From an uncultured delta proteobacterium (lineage in GTDB: Bacteria > Desulfobacterota > Binatia > UBA9968), in the NCBI GenBank assembly GCA_963840855.1, contig CAWJBB010000033.1, forward strand, positions 62,628 to 126,627: a stretch of 64,000 nt of DNA. Direction: 5' to 3'. Of this stretch, positions 44,984 through 55,464 are shown in pieces. The notes beneath the pieces were generated by a model. The model did no database searches. It saw only the letters and a program-made list of their open reading frames with translations, and was not told the origin of the DNA. Every line of letters begins with the position of its first letter. Position 1 is the stretch's first letter. Position numbers and translations under genes: made by a program.

Positions 44984-45889
44984 ATGTTTACAAAAATAAT
45001 GATACCGCTGGATGGATCGCGGACCGCCGAGACAGTGCTGCCCTACGCCCGCACTCTAGGGGGCGTGCTCAAGATTCCCGTAGAACTAATGGCCGTGGTG
45101 GACATCGGTGAGATGGCGACACACACTACGGCTTCCAAGGCGCAGTTCCTCGATACCATGGTGGAAGATGCGGAGCGCAGTTACTCGGAGTATCTGAAGA
45201 GGGTCGCCGCGAAGACAACGGACGTGAACGTTAAGTGGAGTATCGAAAAGGGCCGACCCGAGGAAGTGATCATCGGGAAGGCGGCGGCGGACAAGAACAT
45301 TCTGATCGCTATGGCGACCCACGGCAGATCGGGCCTCAACCGTTGGATGCTCGGCAGTGTGGCGGAAAAGGTACTCAGAGGGTGTGAAAATCCGCTGCTC
45401 CTGGTGCGAGCGAGTGGAGAGATCGATGCAGAGGAGAAAGTCGCGCTCAAGTCCGTCATCGTGCCCCTCGATGGCTCTGAATTGGCGGAACGCGTACTGC
45501 CGTCCGCGGTCGCGCTTGCCAAGGCGATGAATCTCGAAGTGGTTTTGTTTCGCGCCTACAGCATTCCCTACAGCGTGTACAGTGGCATGGACGGTTATAC
45601 CGCCATCGATTTCGAGGAACTAATTGCCGGCGTGAAAGATGAAGCCGTTGACTATCTGGAGAAGAAAACCGCGGAATTGAAAAAGGACGGTGTTGCGAAA
45701 GTGTCCTACGTCGCGAAGGAAGGCCTCAGCGCCGACGAGATCATCGCTCTGGGACGCGCCACGCAGGACAATTTGATTGCGATGTGCAGCCACGGGCGCT
45801 CCGGCGTGCAGCGCTGGGTGCTGGGTAGCGTCACGGAAACGGTGGTGCGCCACTCCGGGGACCCGGTCTTGGTCGTGCGCGCGGGTTGA
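44984..45889 (+). CDS. Tandem-domain universal stress protein
   Basis: Two PLDGS...HGRSG...GSV(A/T)E domains. Confidence 0.92.
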   Translation: MFTKIMIPLDGSRTAETVLPYARTLGGVLKIPVELMAVVDIGEMATHTTASKAQFLDTMVEDAERSYSEYLKRVAAKTTDVNVKWSIEKGRPEEVIIGKAAADKNILIAMATHGRSGLNRWMLGSVAEKVLRGCENPLLLVRASGEIDAEEKVALKSVIVPLDGSELAERVLPSAVALAKAMNLEVVLFRAYSIPYSVYSGMDGYTAIDFEELIAGVKDEAVDYLEKKTAELKKDGVAKVSYVAKEGLSADEIIALGRATQDNLIAMCSHGRSGVQRWVLGSVTETVVRHSGDPVLVVRAG

Positions 45890-45904
45890 GCCATTTTTTT
45901 CGCG

Positions 45905-45998
45905 ACGCATTGCGTCGACCCATGCCAGATCGGGCCTCCGTCGCTGGTTGCTGGGCAGTGTCGCCGAGAAGGTCATTCAACATTCAGCGATCCGGTGC
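45905..45998 (+). pseudogene. USP C-terminal remnant
   Basis: RIASTHARSGLRRWLLGSVAEKVIQHS directly after the USP stop. Confidence 0.65.
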
Positions 45999-46076
45999 AG
46001 TTGATTCGGCCCTCTTGAAATAGCGCAGTGGTTATCGTTAGCCTAAGGCATGAATGCTACTTGGCCTTCGGGGGCC

Positions 46077-46748
46077 ATGATAACCATACCGTTCAGCGTC
46101 GATGAGTTCCTCGAAAACCTCGCACAATACAACGAGGCCGTTTGGCCCATGCAGCTGGTTCTGTACGCCGCTGCACTAACGTGTTTGGGATTGCTGTGCA
46201 CGACGCGCGCATGGGCGAGTCGCATGATCTCCCTTTTGTTGACCGGCCTCTGGATATGGATGGCGGTCGCCTATCACCTGAAGTTCTTCGCCCTTATCAA
46301 TGTCGCCGCCTGGTGGTTTGGGATCTTATTTGCCCTCGGGGCCACGTTTTTCGATTGGTACGGCGTCGTCAATGACCGGCTGCGCTTCCACCTGGCCAGC
46401 GGTCCATGGCACGTCACCGGCGCGATTCTTGTGATCTTCGCACTTGTGATATATCCCCTGCTCAGCTTTACCCTGGGGCATCGATATCCGGCTATACCCA
46501 CCTTTGGACTTCCCTGTCCCACGACAATATTCACGATCGGCATCTTGTTGTTTGCCCAGGCCCCGGCACCTAGGGCGGTATTTGTCATACCGGTTCTTTG
46601 GTCCGCCATCGGTTCTCTCGCGGCGCTGGAGCTGGAGATGACGCAGGATCTGGCACTATCGGTTGCAGGCATCATTGGGTTTGTGGCGGTGTTGCGAGTC
46701 CGAGGTCTGCGTATCTGGCTGTGCGAACAGATGTCTCACGTCCGGTGA
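46077..46748 (+). CDS. Membrane protein (DUF6064-like)
   Basis: PFSVDEFL..YN.AVWP and FGLPCPTTIFTIG motifs; multiple hydrophobic helices. Confidence 0.7.
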   Translation: MITIPFSVDEFLENLAQYNEAVWPMQLVLYAAALTCLGLLCTTRAWASRMISLLLTGLWIWMAVAYHLKFFALINVAAWWFGILFALGATFFDWYGVVNDRLRFHLASGPWHVTGAILVIFALVIYPLLSFTLGHRYPAIPTFGLPCPTTIFTIGILLFAQAPAPRAVFVIPVLWSAIGSLAALELEMTQDLALSVAGIIGFVAVLRVRGLRIWLCEQMSHVR

Positions 46749-46770
46749 ACACACAAGAGGAGGATGGCAC

Positions 46771-47256
46771 TTGCAACTGACAACCTTAACGATAGAGAAA
46801 CCTAGCGAGATCAATTTCATTCTCGGCCAGAGCCACTTCATCAAAACCGTCGAGGACATTCACGAGGCGATGGTCCAGGGGATACCCGGAATCAAGTTCG
46901 GCCTTGCCTTTTGCGAGTCATCGGGCGAGATGCTTATTCGCTGGACGGGCACGGACGACACGATGATCGATCTGGCCAAACGGAACGCCCTCGCTCTCTC
47001 AGCGGGCCACAGCTTCATTCTTTTTCTCGGCCCCGGCTTCTTCCCGGTGAGCGTGCTCAACGCCATCAAGATGGTCCCGGAAGTTTGCCGCATCTTCTGT
47101 GCGACGGCGAATCCGGTGGAAGTGATCATCGCCGAAACCGATCAGGGGCGCGGCATTCTCGGCGTCGTCGACGGCGGCAAGAGCAAAGGGATCGAGGACG
47201 AAGCAGGGATTGCCTGGCGGAAAGATCTGCTGCGCAAGATCGGATACAAGCTGTGA
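46771..47256 (+). CDS. Adenosine-specific kinase family (DUF355)
   Basis: GQSHFIKTVEDI, FGLAFCESSG, IFCATANP and LLRKIGYKL motifs; TTG start after GAGGAGG. Confidence 0.85.
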   Translation: MQLTTLTIEKPSEINFILGQSHFIKTVEDIHEAMVQGIPGIKFGLAFCESSGEMLIRWTGTDDTMIDLAKRNALALSAGHSFILFLGPGFFPVSVLNAIKMVPEVCRIFCATANPVEVIIAETDQGRGILGVVDGGKSKGIEDEAGIAWRKDLLRKIGYKL

Positions 47257-47396
47257 CCCGCAATCGACGCTCGTATCCATAGCCACGCTGCAACCGGATT
47301 GCCGACAACAGGCCCGATCGGCTCCAGGAATAGCGCGGAGACCGAAGCGCGGCGCGGGCGGGCAGCCATTTCTTTTCCACAATATCTGTGCCTTCC

Positions 47397-47425
47397 TTGA
47401 CAAGACTCGGTCGCAACCCTAGTCT
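47397..47425 (+). promoter_or_regulatory. Sigma70 promoter of hsp20-lon
   Basis: TTGACA-N17-TAGTCT. Confidence 0.55.
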
Positions 47426-47482
47426 CAAATGAGTTACTGATTCCAAATTATTTTACTTTCACGTGACGGAGGCTAGGATCGT

Positions 47483-47908
47483 ATGGCGGAACGCGATTGG
47501 GATTTTTTAATATTGCATCGGGCCACGGACCTGCTCCAGCAGGCCGAGCGGATTCACAGAAATTATTTGCAGATCGCTGCCGGTGCGCGCTTTCGGGTGT
47601 CTTACAGCAGAAAGCCAAGCTGGGAGCCTCCGATTAATGTCGTTGAGACAGACGAAAGCCTATGGGTGATTTTGGCCATACCTGGAGTTGCGGTGGACCG
47701 GGTGGATGTAAGGCTGGAAGGTCGGGAACTAGTCATCACCGGTGATCGCCCGCTTCCGGGGTGCTGCCGCGACGGCGAACTCAAGATCTGGGAAATCCCG
47801 CTCGGGCATTTCGAGCGGCGGGTCGGGCTGGCGGCGGGGGAGCATCAACCGTCGGTAGGCGATATTTCCCTCCAGAATGGCCTGTTAATCATCGAGCTAA
47901 GGAAGTAA
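47483..47908 (+). CDS. Hsp20/alpha-crystallin family protein
   Basis: WEPPINV.E, IPGV, EIPLGHFER and NGLLII motifs. Confidence 0.85.
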   Translation: MAERDWDFLILHRATDLLQQAERIHRNYLQIAAGARFRVSYSRKPSWEPPINVVETDESLWVILAIPGVAVDRVDVRLEGRELVITGDRPLPGCCRDGELKIWEIPLGHFERRVGLAAGEHQPSVGDISLQNGLLIIELRK

Positions 47909-47910
47909 AT

Positions 47911-50319
47911 ATGAACGCTGAAGCGAAGGAAACTCCTAAATCCAAACCTCATCTCGTTGTTCCTCCTGGAGCGTTGGTGATTTTGCCGTTGCGCAATACG
48001 GTGCTCTTTCCCGCCACGGTCATGCCGCTGGTCGTCGGCCGCCCGCCAAGCCTTCAGGCCGTCGAAGAGGCTGTGCGCCAGCAATTTCCCGTGGGGTTCG
48101 TGGGCCAACGGGACCCGAACATCGAGTCTCCGCAGCCCAAAGACCTTTACGGCGTAGGCACGGCCGCGGACGTGTTACGGATGTTCGGCCTGCCCGATGG
48201 ACAGCGCCAGATCATCGTGCAAGGCCGCCAACGGTTCGGCATCGGCGAATTTCTCGAGACCGATCCCTTTCTGATTGCGCGCGTCACCATGGTGGAAGAA
48301 AAAGTGCCGCCAACCAAAGAGTTCGAGGCGCGCATCTTACATCTTCGCCAAGAGGCGTCCAAAGCTTTAGCCCTATTGCCGCAGCCGATGAACGAGCTAA
48401 TAGCTATGATCGAAAGGATCGAAGATCCCCTCGCCTTGATCGACGTCATCGCATCCACGTTGGATCTTCCGGCCAACGAGAAGCAAGAAATTTTGGAGAT
48501 TTTCGACCCGGTGGCGCGGGCCCAACGGGTCTCCGAGAAATTGGCGCGTCAGATCGAGCTGCTCGAGCTGAGCAAAAAAATCGGCGAAGAAACCAAAGAA
48601 TCCATGGATAAAACGCAGCGCCAGTATTTTTTGCGCGAGCAACTAAAGGCGATTCAAAAGGAACTGGGTGAGGAGGACGGTAAAAGCGTAGAAGCCGAAG
48701 AGCTGCGCAAGAAAATCTACGAGGCGAAAATGCCGCCCGAAGTCGAGAAGGAAGCGCTGCGAGAACTATCCCGGTTGGAACGCATTCCGGAGATGGCGGC
48801 CGAATACTCGTCCCTCAGGACCTATTTTGACTGGCTGCTGGAGCTGCCATGGAGTGTTTTCACGAAAGAAGAGATCGATCTGCCCAAGGCGCGCGAGATT
48901 CTCGACGCCGACCATTACGATCTCGAAAAAGTAAAAAAGCGCATCATTGAGTTCTTGGCCGTCCGTAAACTGATGCCGCAAGGGAAAAGTCCGATTCTTT
49001 GCTTAGTGGGTCCCCCCGGCGTAGGAAAAACCTCTCTCGGACAGAGTATCGCTCGGGCCATGAACCGAAAATTCGTGCGGCAAAGTCTCGGCGGAGTCCA
49101 TGACGAGGCCGATATTCGCGGTCATCGGCGCACCTATATCGGCGCTCTCCCGGGCAATATCATTCAGGGCATTAGAAAGGCGGAAAGCCGAAATCCCGTC
49201 TTCATGCTCGATGAAATAGATAAGCTCAGCGCCAGTTTTCACGGCGATCCTTCCGCCGCTTTGCTGGAAGTGCTCGACCCGGCGCAAAACGCGACCTTTC
49301 AGGATCATTACCTCGGCTTGCCGTTCGATCTATCCCAGGTATTGTTCATCGCCACGGCTAACGTGCTCGATACTATTCCGGGCCCGCTTCGTGACCGCAT
49401 GGAGATTCTAGAACTGCCGGGATACATCGAGGAAGATAAATTGGCCATTGCGAAGGGATATCTCGTTCCCCGGCAGATTGCCGAAAACGGCCTGAAGGAC
49501 AGTGAGATTCATTTTAGCGACGAGGCGATTCGGGAAATTATCAGATCCTACACGCGTGAAGCCGGGGTTCGTCAACTCGAGCGTGAATTGGGCGCCGTTT
49601 GCCGGAGCGTGGCGACGCGCGTCGCGGAGGGCCTCAAGGAGCCTATCACCATCGATGCAGAGTCTATCCCCGCCTACTTAGGGCCGCCGAAATTTATCAA
49701 CGAGATCGCTCTGCGAACCAGCTTGCCCGGGGTCGCCACCGGTTTGGCCTGGACGCCCGTCGGCGGCGACATCTTGTTCGTCGAAGCCACCAAGATGCCG
49801 GGAGACGGCAAGTTGATATTAACGGGCCAGCTCGGCGAAGTCATGAAAGAAAGCGCGCAGGCGGCGCTGAGCCTGGTTAAATCACGGGCGAGCATGCTTG
49901 GGATCGATGCCGGCCTGTTTAGACAAAACGACGTGCATATCCACATTCCTGCAGGGGCCATCCCGAAAGACGGGCCAAGCGCCGGCGTCACGCTTTTTGT
50001 CGCTCTCGTTTCACTCCTCACGGGGCGACGAATCAGCAAAGATATCGCCATGACGGGCGAGATCAGCCTCCGGGGATTGGTGCTCCCGGTGGGTGGCATA
50101 AAAGAAAAAGTATTGGCAGCGAAGAGGGCAGGTATTTCTTGCGTCTTGCTGCCCGAGTTAAACCGCAAAGATCTGGAGGAGATTCCAACGCTGGCCCGCG
50201 GCGGGATTCGCTTTGAGTTTTTGAGAACCGTCGACGACGCCTTGCAGCTCGCGCTTGAATCGGACGCCCCGGGCGATTCACTCTCCGACGAACGTTCCGC
50301 GGCTCAACTCAACCCCTGA
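47911..50319 (+). CDS. lon: Endopeptidase La (Lon protease)
   Basis: LPLRN.VLFP N-domain, GPPGVGKT, LDEIDK, KDGPSAG (catalytic Ser), GGIKEK (catalytic Lys). Confidence 0.95.
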   Translation: MNAEAKETPKSKPHLVVPPGALVILPLRNTVLFPATVMPLVVGRPPSLQAVEEAVRQQFPVGFVGQRDPNIESPQPKDLYGVGTAADVLRMFGLPDGQRQIIVQGRQRFGIGEFLETDPFLIARVTMVEEKVPPTKEFEARILHLRQEASKALALLPQPMNELIAMIERIEDPLALIDVIASTLDLPANEKQEILEIFDPVARAQRVSEKLARQIELLELSKKIGEETKESMDKTQRQYFLREQLKAIQKELGEEDGKSVEAEELRKKIYEAKMPPEVEKEALRELSRLERIPEMAAEYSSLRTYFDWLLELPWSVFTKEEIDLPKAREILDADHYDLEKVKKRIIEFLAVRKLMPQGKSPILCLVGPPGVGKTSLGQSIARAMNRKFVRQSLGGVHDEADIRGHRRTYIGALPGNIIQGIRKAESRNPVFMLDEIDKLSASFHGDPSAALLEVLDPAQNATFQDHYLGLPFDLSQVLFIATANVLDTIPGPLRDRMEILELPGYIEEDKLAIAKGYLVPRQIAENGLKDSEIHFSDEAIREIIRSYTREAGVRQLERELGAVCRSVATRVAEGLKEPITIDAESIPAYLGPPKFINEIALRTSLPGVATGLAWTPVGGDILFVEATKMPGDGKLILTGQLGEVMKESAQAALSLVKSRASMLGIDAGLFRQNDVHIHIPAGAIPKDGPSAGVTLFVALVSLLTGRRISKDIAMTGEISLRGLVLPVGGIKEKVLAAKRAGISCVLLPELNRKDLEEIPTLARGGIRFEFLRTVDDALQLALESDAPGDSLSDERSAAQLNP

Positions 50320-50338
50320 TTGGTCATCAGCCGGAGCT

Positions 50339-51361
50339 ATGAGCGTTTCAATGCCTGTAAGATCTTCCTACTCGTCCGGTCATTTTGCCGGGGCCGTCGT
50401 TTTGCTGTCCTTCGTTGTCTTTTTGGCATCGCCTGCAAGGGCAGCCACTCCAAACAAACGCGTTGTGCTGGTCTCCGCAGATTTTAGTGAGCGGTCGGGA
50501 CTTTATTTCGTCGCGAAGGATCAGCACCTGTTCGAAGCCCAGGGTGTCGACGTCGATGTGGTGCAAGTGCGTAGCGGTCCAATTGCGATTTCGGCCATGG
50601 CGTCCGGCGACGCGCAGCTCTACGGTGTCTCGGCGACAGGCGCTTCGCTGGGGGCGATGGCTAGCGGTCTGGACATCGTTTGGGTCGCCGGACTGATCAA
50701 CAAGCTCGATGGTTACTTCGTAGTGTCCGCCAAGATTCGCAGTCCCGAAGATCTCAAGGGTAGAACCATTGGGGTTCAAAGCATTGGAGGCGGGATTTGG
50801 ATGTTCACGCAAATCTTGCTGGACCACTGGGGTCTCAACGCCGAGCGCGACAAGATCCAGATTCGCGTTCTTGGCGATGATTCCGTGCTCGCCCAGGCCG
50901 TGATGACGGGCATCGTCGATGGCGCCGTACTGGGCTATGCGTTCAGCCGGCTGATACCACGGAGCGGCGGAAGCATTCTGGCGGACCTGCCGACTTTGAA
51001 TATTCGATACCAGGGAACCGGCATCGTCGCTCGCAGGAGTTTCATCGACGCCTCACCCGATGTCGTAGAAAAAACCCTCAGAGCCTTGATACGCGCGAAT
51101 CGGTTTATCCAAGACAAAAACAATCAGCCGGCGGTGATACGGAGCTTGAGTAAGTGGTTGCGGTTGCCGAAAGCCGAAGGGGTCGAAGAATTATACGAGC
51201 GAATGAGACAGCTCTACGACCGGAGCATCATTCCCACCAGAGATGGGATTCAAAATGCCATCCGGATCCTGAGCAAGAACGATCCCAAGTTCGGCAAACT
51301 CAAGGCCGAGGACCTCGTCGACGACCGCATCGCCCGCAAGCTGGAACGGGAAGGCCCGTGA
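50339..51361 (+). CDS. ABC transporter substrate-binding protein (NMT1/SsuA-like)
   Basis: Signal peptide; DLKGRTIGV motif. Confidence 0.82.
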   Translation: MSVSMPVRSSYSSGHFAGAVVLLSFVVFLASPARAATPNKRVVLVSADFSERSGLYFVAKDQHLFEAQGVDVDVVQVRSGPIAISAMASGDAQLYGVSATGASLGAMASGLDIVWVAGLINKLDGYFVVSAKIRSPEDLKGRTIGVQSIGGGIWMFTQILLDHWGLNAERDKIQIRVLGDDSVLAQAVMTGIVDGAVLGYAFSRLIPRSGGSILADLPTLNIRYQGTGIVARRSFIDASPDVVEKTLRALIRANRFIQDKNNQPAVIRSLSKWLRLPKAEGVEELYERMRQLYDRSIIPTRDGIQNAIRILSKNDPKFGKLKAEDLVDDRIARKLEREGP

Positions 51362-51409
51362 GTCTATGGTGCGCGATTGTTACCTGGAAGGCACGGGCTC
51401 ATTCCCTTG

Positions 51410-52177
51410 CTAATTGGTCAGCCGGTTGCGCACGCTGCGGCGCGCCCAGAGAAGCAGCAGCAGAGACGTTCCCAACGTATAAGCCACATCCCACAATACG
51501 GTTACGGAAAACTCGCCATTGAACGACGCGCGGGCGAGCCGCACGGGGTGCAGCAGCGGAAGCGCTTCCGCGACCCATAGCCACGGCTCTGCCAGCCGTT
51601 CCTTCAGAGGAAAGAACACATCGGAGAATAAAAACAGCGGGGTGAGAAAGAGCGTAAAGTAAAAACTGAACATATCGATGTTTGGAATGCGCAGTGAGAA
51701 AACCATGCCGATGGCGGCAAAAAGCAGTCCCGTGATCGGGATCACCAGCAACGCCCAGAGCGACGACGGTAAAGGCGCCAGCCCGAAAAGCATCAACACG
51801 ACAAAGAAACAGCCGCCATAGATGCCGGCGCGAGTCACCGCCCAGAGCACTTCGCCGGTTAGAACATCGTCCGGCTCGATGGGAGTGGTCAGCATGGCAT
51901 CATAGGTCTTTTCAAAAATAAGCCGGACGTAGATGTTATAGGTCACTTCAAAGCTCGCCCCATTCATCGCTGCCACACAGACCAGCCCTGGAGCGAGAAA
52001 TGCAATATAGGTGGTGCCGCCCATCTCTGAAACGTAAGCGCCGACGCCTATGCCAATGGAAAAGAGGTAGAGAACGGGCTCGAAGAAGTTGGGTAGGATA
52101 TTCCATTTCCAAGTTCTCTTGTAAATCGATGCATTGCGCCGCCATACGGCCAGTGCATAGGGAAGCGAAATACTCAC
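51410..52177 (-). CDS. ABC-2 type permease (NodJ-like)
   Basis: EPVLYL..IG.G, Y..FLAPGL and PLFLFSDVFFP motifs. Confidence 0.88.
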   Translation of the reverse strand: MSISLPYALAVWRRNASIYKRTWKWNILPNFFEPVLYLFSIGIGVGAYVSEMGGTTYIAFLAPGLVCVAAMNGASFEVTYNIYVRLIFEKTYDAMLTTPIEPDDVLTGEVLWAVTRAGIYGGCFFVVLMLFGLAPLPSSLWALLVIPITGLLFAAIGMVFSLRIPNIDMFSFYFTLFLTPLFLFSDVFFPLKERLAEPWLWVAEALPLLHPVRLARASFNGEFSVTVLWDVAYTLGTSLLLLLWARRSVRNRLTN

Positions 52178-53148
52178 GGATTGCCTTCCAGGCTTGTGCC
52201 GGTAAGAGAGAGATAGACATCTTCGAGATTGGTGGGCCGGACGATGATCGGGCGGCGGTCCCCTTGATCGTGGCGGCGCACATTTTCGATAAGACCGGCG
52301 GCGTCATCGAGGTAAAGCATAAGCCGCCTACCAACGCGCAAGCGCTGGCTCGATGGGACGCCGTCGAGCAACACCGCTTCCTCGCTCGGGGCACAATCAA
52401 ATTCTACCGTTTCAGGCGCCAGCCGAGTAGCGATGAGATCCGCCGGCGCGCCTGCGCCGATCACTTTGCCCGCCGACACGATGGCGACCTGATCGCAAAG
52501 ACGCTGCGCCTCGTCCATATAATGGGTCGTGATGAGCACGGTTGTGCCCGCCGCGCGCAGTTCTCTGATGCGCGACCACAAAGATAATCGCATTGCCGGA
52601 TCGAGTCCGGTGGTGGGTTCATCGAGGATCAAAAGCTCGGGGCCGTTGATCAACGAAAGCGCAACCGCCAAACGCCGTTGGAATCCACCAGAAAGCTGCC
52701 GGACGGGAACCCCCGCGTGGGAGCGCAACTCAAGAAAATCGATCAACTCTTCCGCGCGTCGCGAAAGTTCCGGCTCGCGCAGCAAATGATACCGGCCAAA
52801 AACCAATAGGTTCTCTTTGGGCGACAACGTTTCAATCAAAACGTTCTGCTGCAAGGTCACGCCGAGACGGGAGCGAACCGCGCGGAGGTGATGGGCGATG
52901 TCCATGCCGAACACGCGAATCGTCCCGCTGGTGGCCCGAGTGACGCCATAGATCATGCGCAGGGTCGTGGTTTTACCGGCGCCGTTGGGTCCCAGAAGCC
53001 CAAAGCATACTCGCGCCGGAACATCGAGATCCAGATGATCGACGGCCAAGCGGTCGCCAAATTTTTTGGTAATCGCTCTAGCCTCGACCACTGGCGGCGC
53101 CAATGAGGCTGCTTTTTTCCTTCGATGCGGTTTTCTTGAAATGTCCAT
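52174..53148 (-). CDS. ABC transporter ATP-binding protein (NodI-like)
   Basis: GPNGAGKTT, LSGG, LDEPTTGLDP and TTHYMDEA motifs. Confidence 0.9.
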   Translation of the reverse strand: MDISRKPHRRKKAASLAPPVVEARAITKKFGDRLAVDHLDLDVPARVCFGLLGPNGAGKTTTLRMIYGVTRATSGTIRVFGMDIAHHLRAVRSRLGVTLQQNVLIETLSPKENLLVFGRYHLLREPELSRRAEELIDFLELRSHAGVPVRQLSGGFQRRLAVALSLINGPELLILDEPTTGLDPAMRLSLWSRIRELRAAGTTVLITTHYMDEAQRLCDQVAIVSAGKVIGAGAPADLIATRLAPETVEFDCAPSEEAVLLDGVPSSQRLRVGRRLMLYLDDAAGLIENVRRHDQGDRRPIIVRPTNLEDVYLSLTGTSLEGNP

Positions 53149-53472
53149 CGCTATGCTCAACAAATCGTTGAGAATGCCCCGTCCCACCAATTAAAAAACT
53201 CCAAGCCTATAAAAAATCTGACCTATTCTAATCGCAACTGCAAGAATGGGAGGTGGCGTACAGGGGTTTATTTAGAGAATCAAAAAAACAGGCAATAAGA
53301 AAATAACAGAAGTTCCCGGATGCTATGCGCGAAACAGCCGATATAGAATGGCAATGTTCAAGCCAATTACTTCAATCGTGCGCCACAATTGGGGCAGTCA
53401 TCGGCGAAACTCATATCCAATCAAGTTATTGATTAGTCAGCTTGAGCGCCATGCTTGGCGCCATTGGCGTCG

Positions 53473-53868
53473 CTATGACATAGGGGACAGCATATTCGCA
53501 TCGCGCGCCAGAACCCACTTGCCGTTTTGTTTCTTGAGGATAGAAAGAGTGTACCCTGCGCGCGTCATCGATGGAGCACCCTCCGGTGGAGTTGCCACGA
53601 CGGACAGTTTGGTCCACATGAACGCCCATTCCCCGAGCACCTGGATCTCCTGAATCTCACTCTTGCCGTCGAACTGAGGTGGTTCCTGATTTGACGGAGT
53701 ATGTGCCGCTGCAGCGAATGCAGACTTTCCGATCATGGGGGGTTGGCCGGGCATCAGAAAAACGACATCGTCGGCCATCAGGCTCAGGACCGTATCTATG
53801 TCACCCACCTTCGTCGCCGTCATCCAGGTTACGACTAACTGCCGTATCTCTTGTTCATCACCTTCCAT
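53473..53868 (-). CDS. SnoaL/NTF2-like protein (SgcJ/EcaC family)
   Basis: DE..IR.LV..W..AT..GD, DVVFL.PG and W.LARDAN motifs. Confidence 0.82.
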   Translation of the reverse strand: MEGDEQEIRQLVVTWMTATKVGDIDTVLSLMADDVVFLMPGQPPMIGKSAFAAAAHTPSNQEPPQFDGKSEIQEIQVLGEWAFMWTKLSVVATPPEGAPSMTRAGYTLSILKKQNGKWVLARDANMLSPMS

Positions 53869-54009
53869 GGGTTCCCTTTTTCCGGCCTAGACGAATAACA
53901 TTTATCCCCAAAAGCCTGGAAGTAATCAGCGTCGGGGATGGCGCTTCAAGCAATAACGGGCAGGAGAGTGTTGAGAAAGCGGAACCTTGAACTTTGAACG
54001 GATAGCCTG

Positions 54010-54400
54010 CTAGAGATCGTAAACCGGTGAATGGAGCGCGACATGTTTTCCCAGCGCGATGGCGCTGACGATATCGGCCCGGCTCACGATACCGACGATT
54101 TTGTTGCCCTTCATGACCGGCAGCCGTTTGATTTTGTGTATGGCCATGAGTTGGGCGATCTCTTCCACGGGCGTCTCTTCGTTGACGCTCACGACCTTGG
54201 TGCTCATGATGCCTTTCACCTGCCGCGCTTTTTTGGCGAGGATATCGGCTTCGGAGACGATACCGACGATCTTACCGTCCTCGGCGGCCACCGGGCGCGC
54301 CGCTGATCTGGTTCTTGATCAAGAGCATCGCCAACTGCTTGACCGTCATCTTCGGCTTAACCATGATAATGTCGCGGGTCATGATGTCCTTGGCTAGCAT
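54010..54400 (-). CDS. CBS domain protein, frameshift near 54290
   Basis: MLAKDIMT...ISGAPV, then GIVSEADI and IKRLPV...GIVSRADI. Confidence 0.85.
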
Positions 54401-54438
54401 TTTCCGTCCCTCCTAGCAGGCAGTGTTTCGTCGGTTTC

Positions 54439-55452
54439 CTACAATTCACGTTCCAACATTAATGCCGCCAGGTCGCCAACGCGGCAACTGTAGCCCCATT
54501 CGTTGTCGTACCAGGATAGCACCTTGGCCAACTTGTCTTCTATCACTACCGTGGATAGCGAATCAACGATGGACGAGGCTGGGTTGCCGCGAAAGTCGCT
54601 GGAGACCAGCGGCTCGTCGCAATATTGCAAAATTCCCTTCATTTGCCCGTGCGCGGCTTTCTTAAGCGCCTCGTTCAGACTCTCCACTGAAGCGCTTTTC
54701 TTGAGATCGACGACGAGGTCGACAACCGATACCGTGGAGGTGGGTACTCGCAGCGAAAGGCCGTGCAATTTGCCGTTGAGCTCCGGCATGACCAGGCCGA
54801 TGGCTTTGGCTGCGCCGGTGCTGGTGGGGACGATATTCACGGCGGCGGCGCGGGCCCGGCGCAAGTCTGAGTGCATCAAGTCCAAAATGCGCTGGTCGTT
54901 GGTATAGGCGTGAATCGTGGTCATGAGGCCGCGCTCGATGCCAAAATTGTCATGGAGCACCTTGGTCACCGGCGCCAGACAGTTCGTCGTGCACGAGGCG
55001 TTGGATACGATATGATGCTTGCGCGGGTCATAATCCGAATCATTGACGCCGAGAACGAGCGTGAAATCCTCGTTCTTCGCGGGCGCCGTGATGATGGCCT
55101 TTTTCGCTCCGGCGTCGAGATGTGCGCGCACCTGATGAGCGTCAGTAAAAACGCCGGTCGATTCAATGACGATATCGACGCCAAGCTGTTTCCAGGGCAG
55201 TTTGGCCGGATCTCTTTGGTTCAAAACAGCGATATTCCAGCCATCGACCTGGAGGAGACCTTCACCGATTTCCACTTTGCCGGGATAGACGCCATAGTTG
55301 GAATCGTAACGAAAGAGATGCGCGTTGGTTTTCAGGTCGGCCATGTCGTTGACGGCAACTACGGTTAAGTCCTTCTTGTGCCGTTCCAGCATGGCGCGCA
55401 GGCTTAATCGTCCAATGCGCCCGAAACCATTAATGGCGACTCTGCTTGTCAT
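54439..55452 (-). CDS. gap: Type I glyceraldehyde-3-phosphate dehydrogenase
   Basis: [21 protein letters not shown] and [10 protein letters not shown] motifs. Confidence 0.97.
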   Translation of the reverse strand: MTSRVAINGFGRIGRLSLRAMLERHKKDLTVVAVNDMADLKTNAHLFRYDSNYGVYPGKVEIGEGLLQVDGWNIAVLNQRDPAKLPWKQLGVDIVIESTGVFTDAHQVRAHLDAGAKKAIITAPAKNEDFTLVLGVNDSDYDPRKHHIVSNASCTTNCLAPVTKVLHDNFGIERGLMTTIHAYTNDQRILDLMHSDLRRARAAAVNIVPTSTGAAKAIGLVMPELNGKLHGLSLRVPTSTVSVVDLVVDLKKSASVESLNEALKKAAHGQMKGILQYCDEPLVSSDFRGNPASSIVDSLSTVVIEDKLAKVLSWYDNEWGYSCRVGDLAALMLEREL

Positions 55453-55464
55453 CGAATCTCCTTT

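Noticed and set aside
47428-47450. HAIR (HspR) operator upstream of hsp20-lon
   Set aside because: Only one half-site (TGAGT) matches; the second half is poor
22919-53148. True nodulation (nod) gene set
   Set aside because: NodS-, NodI- and NodJ-like genes belong to broad families; there is no nodA or nodB, and the ABC-2 pair is about 14 kb from the cluster
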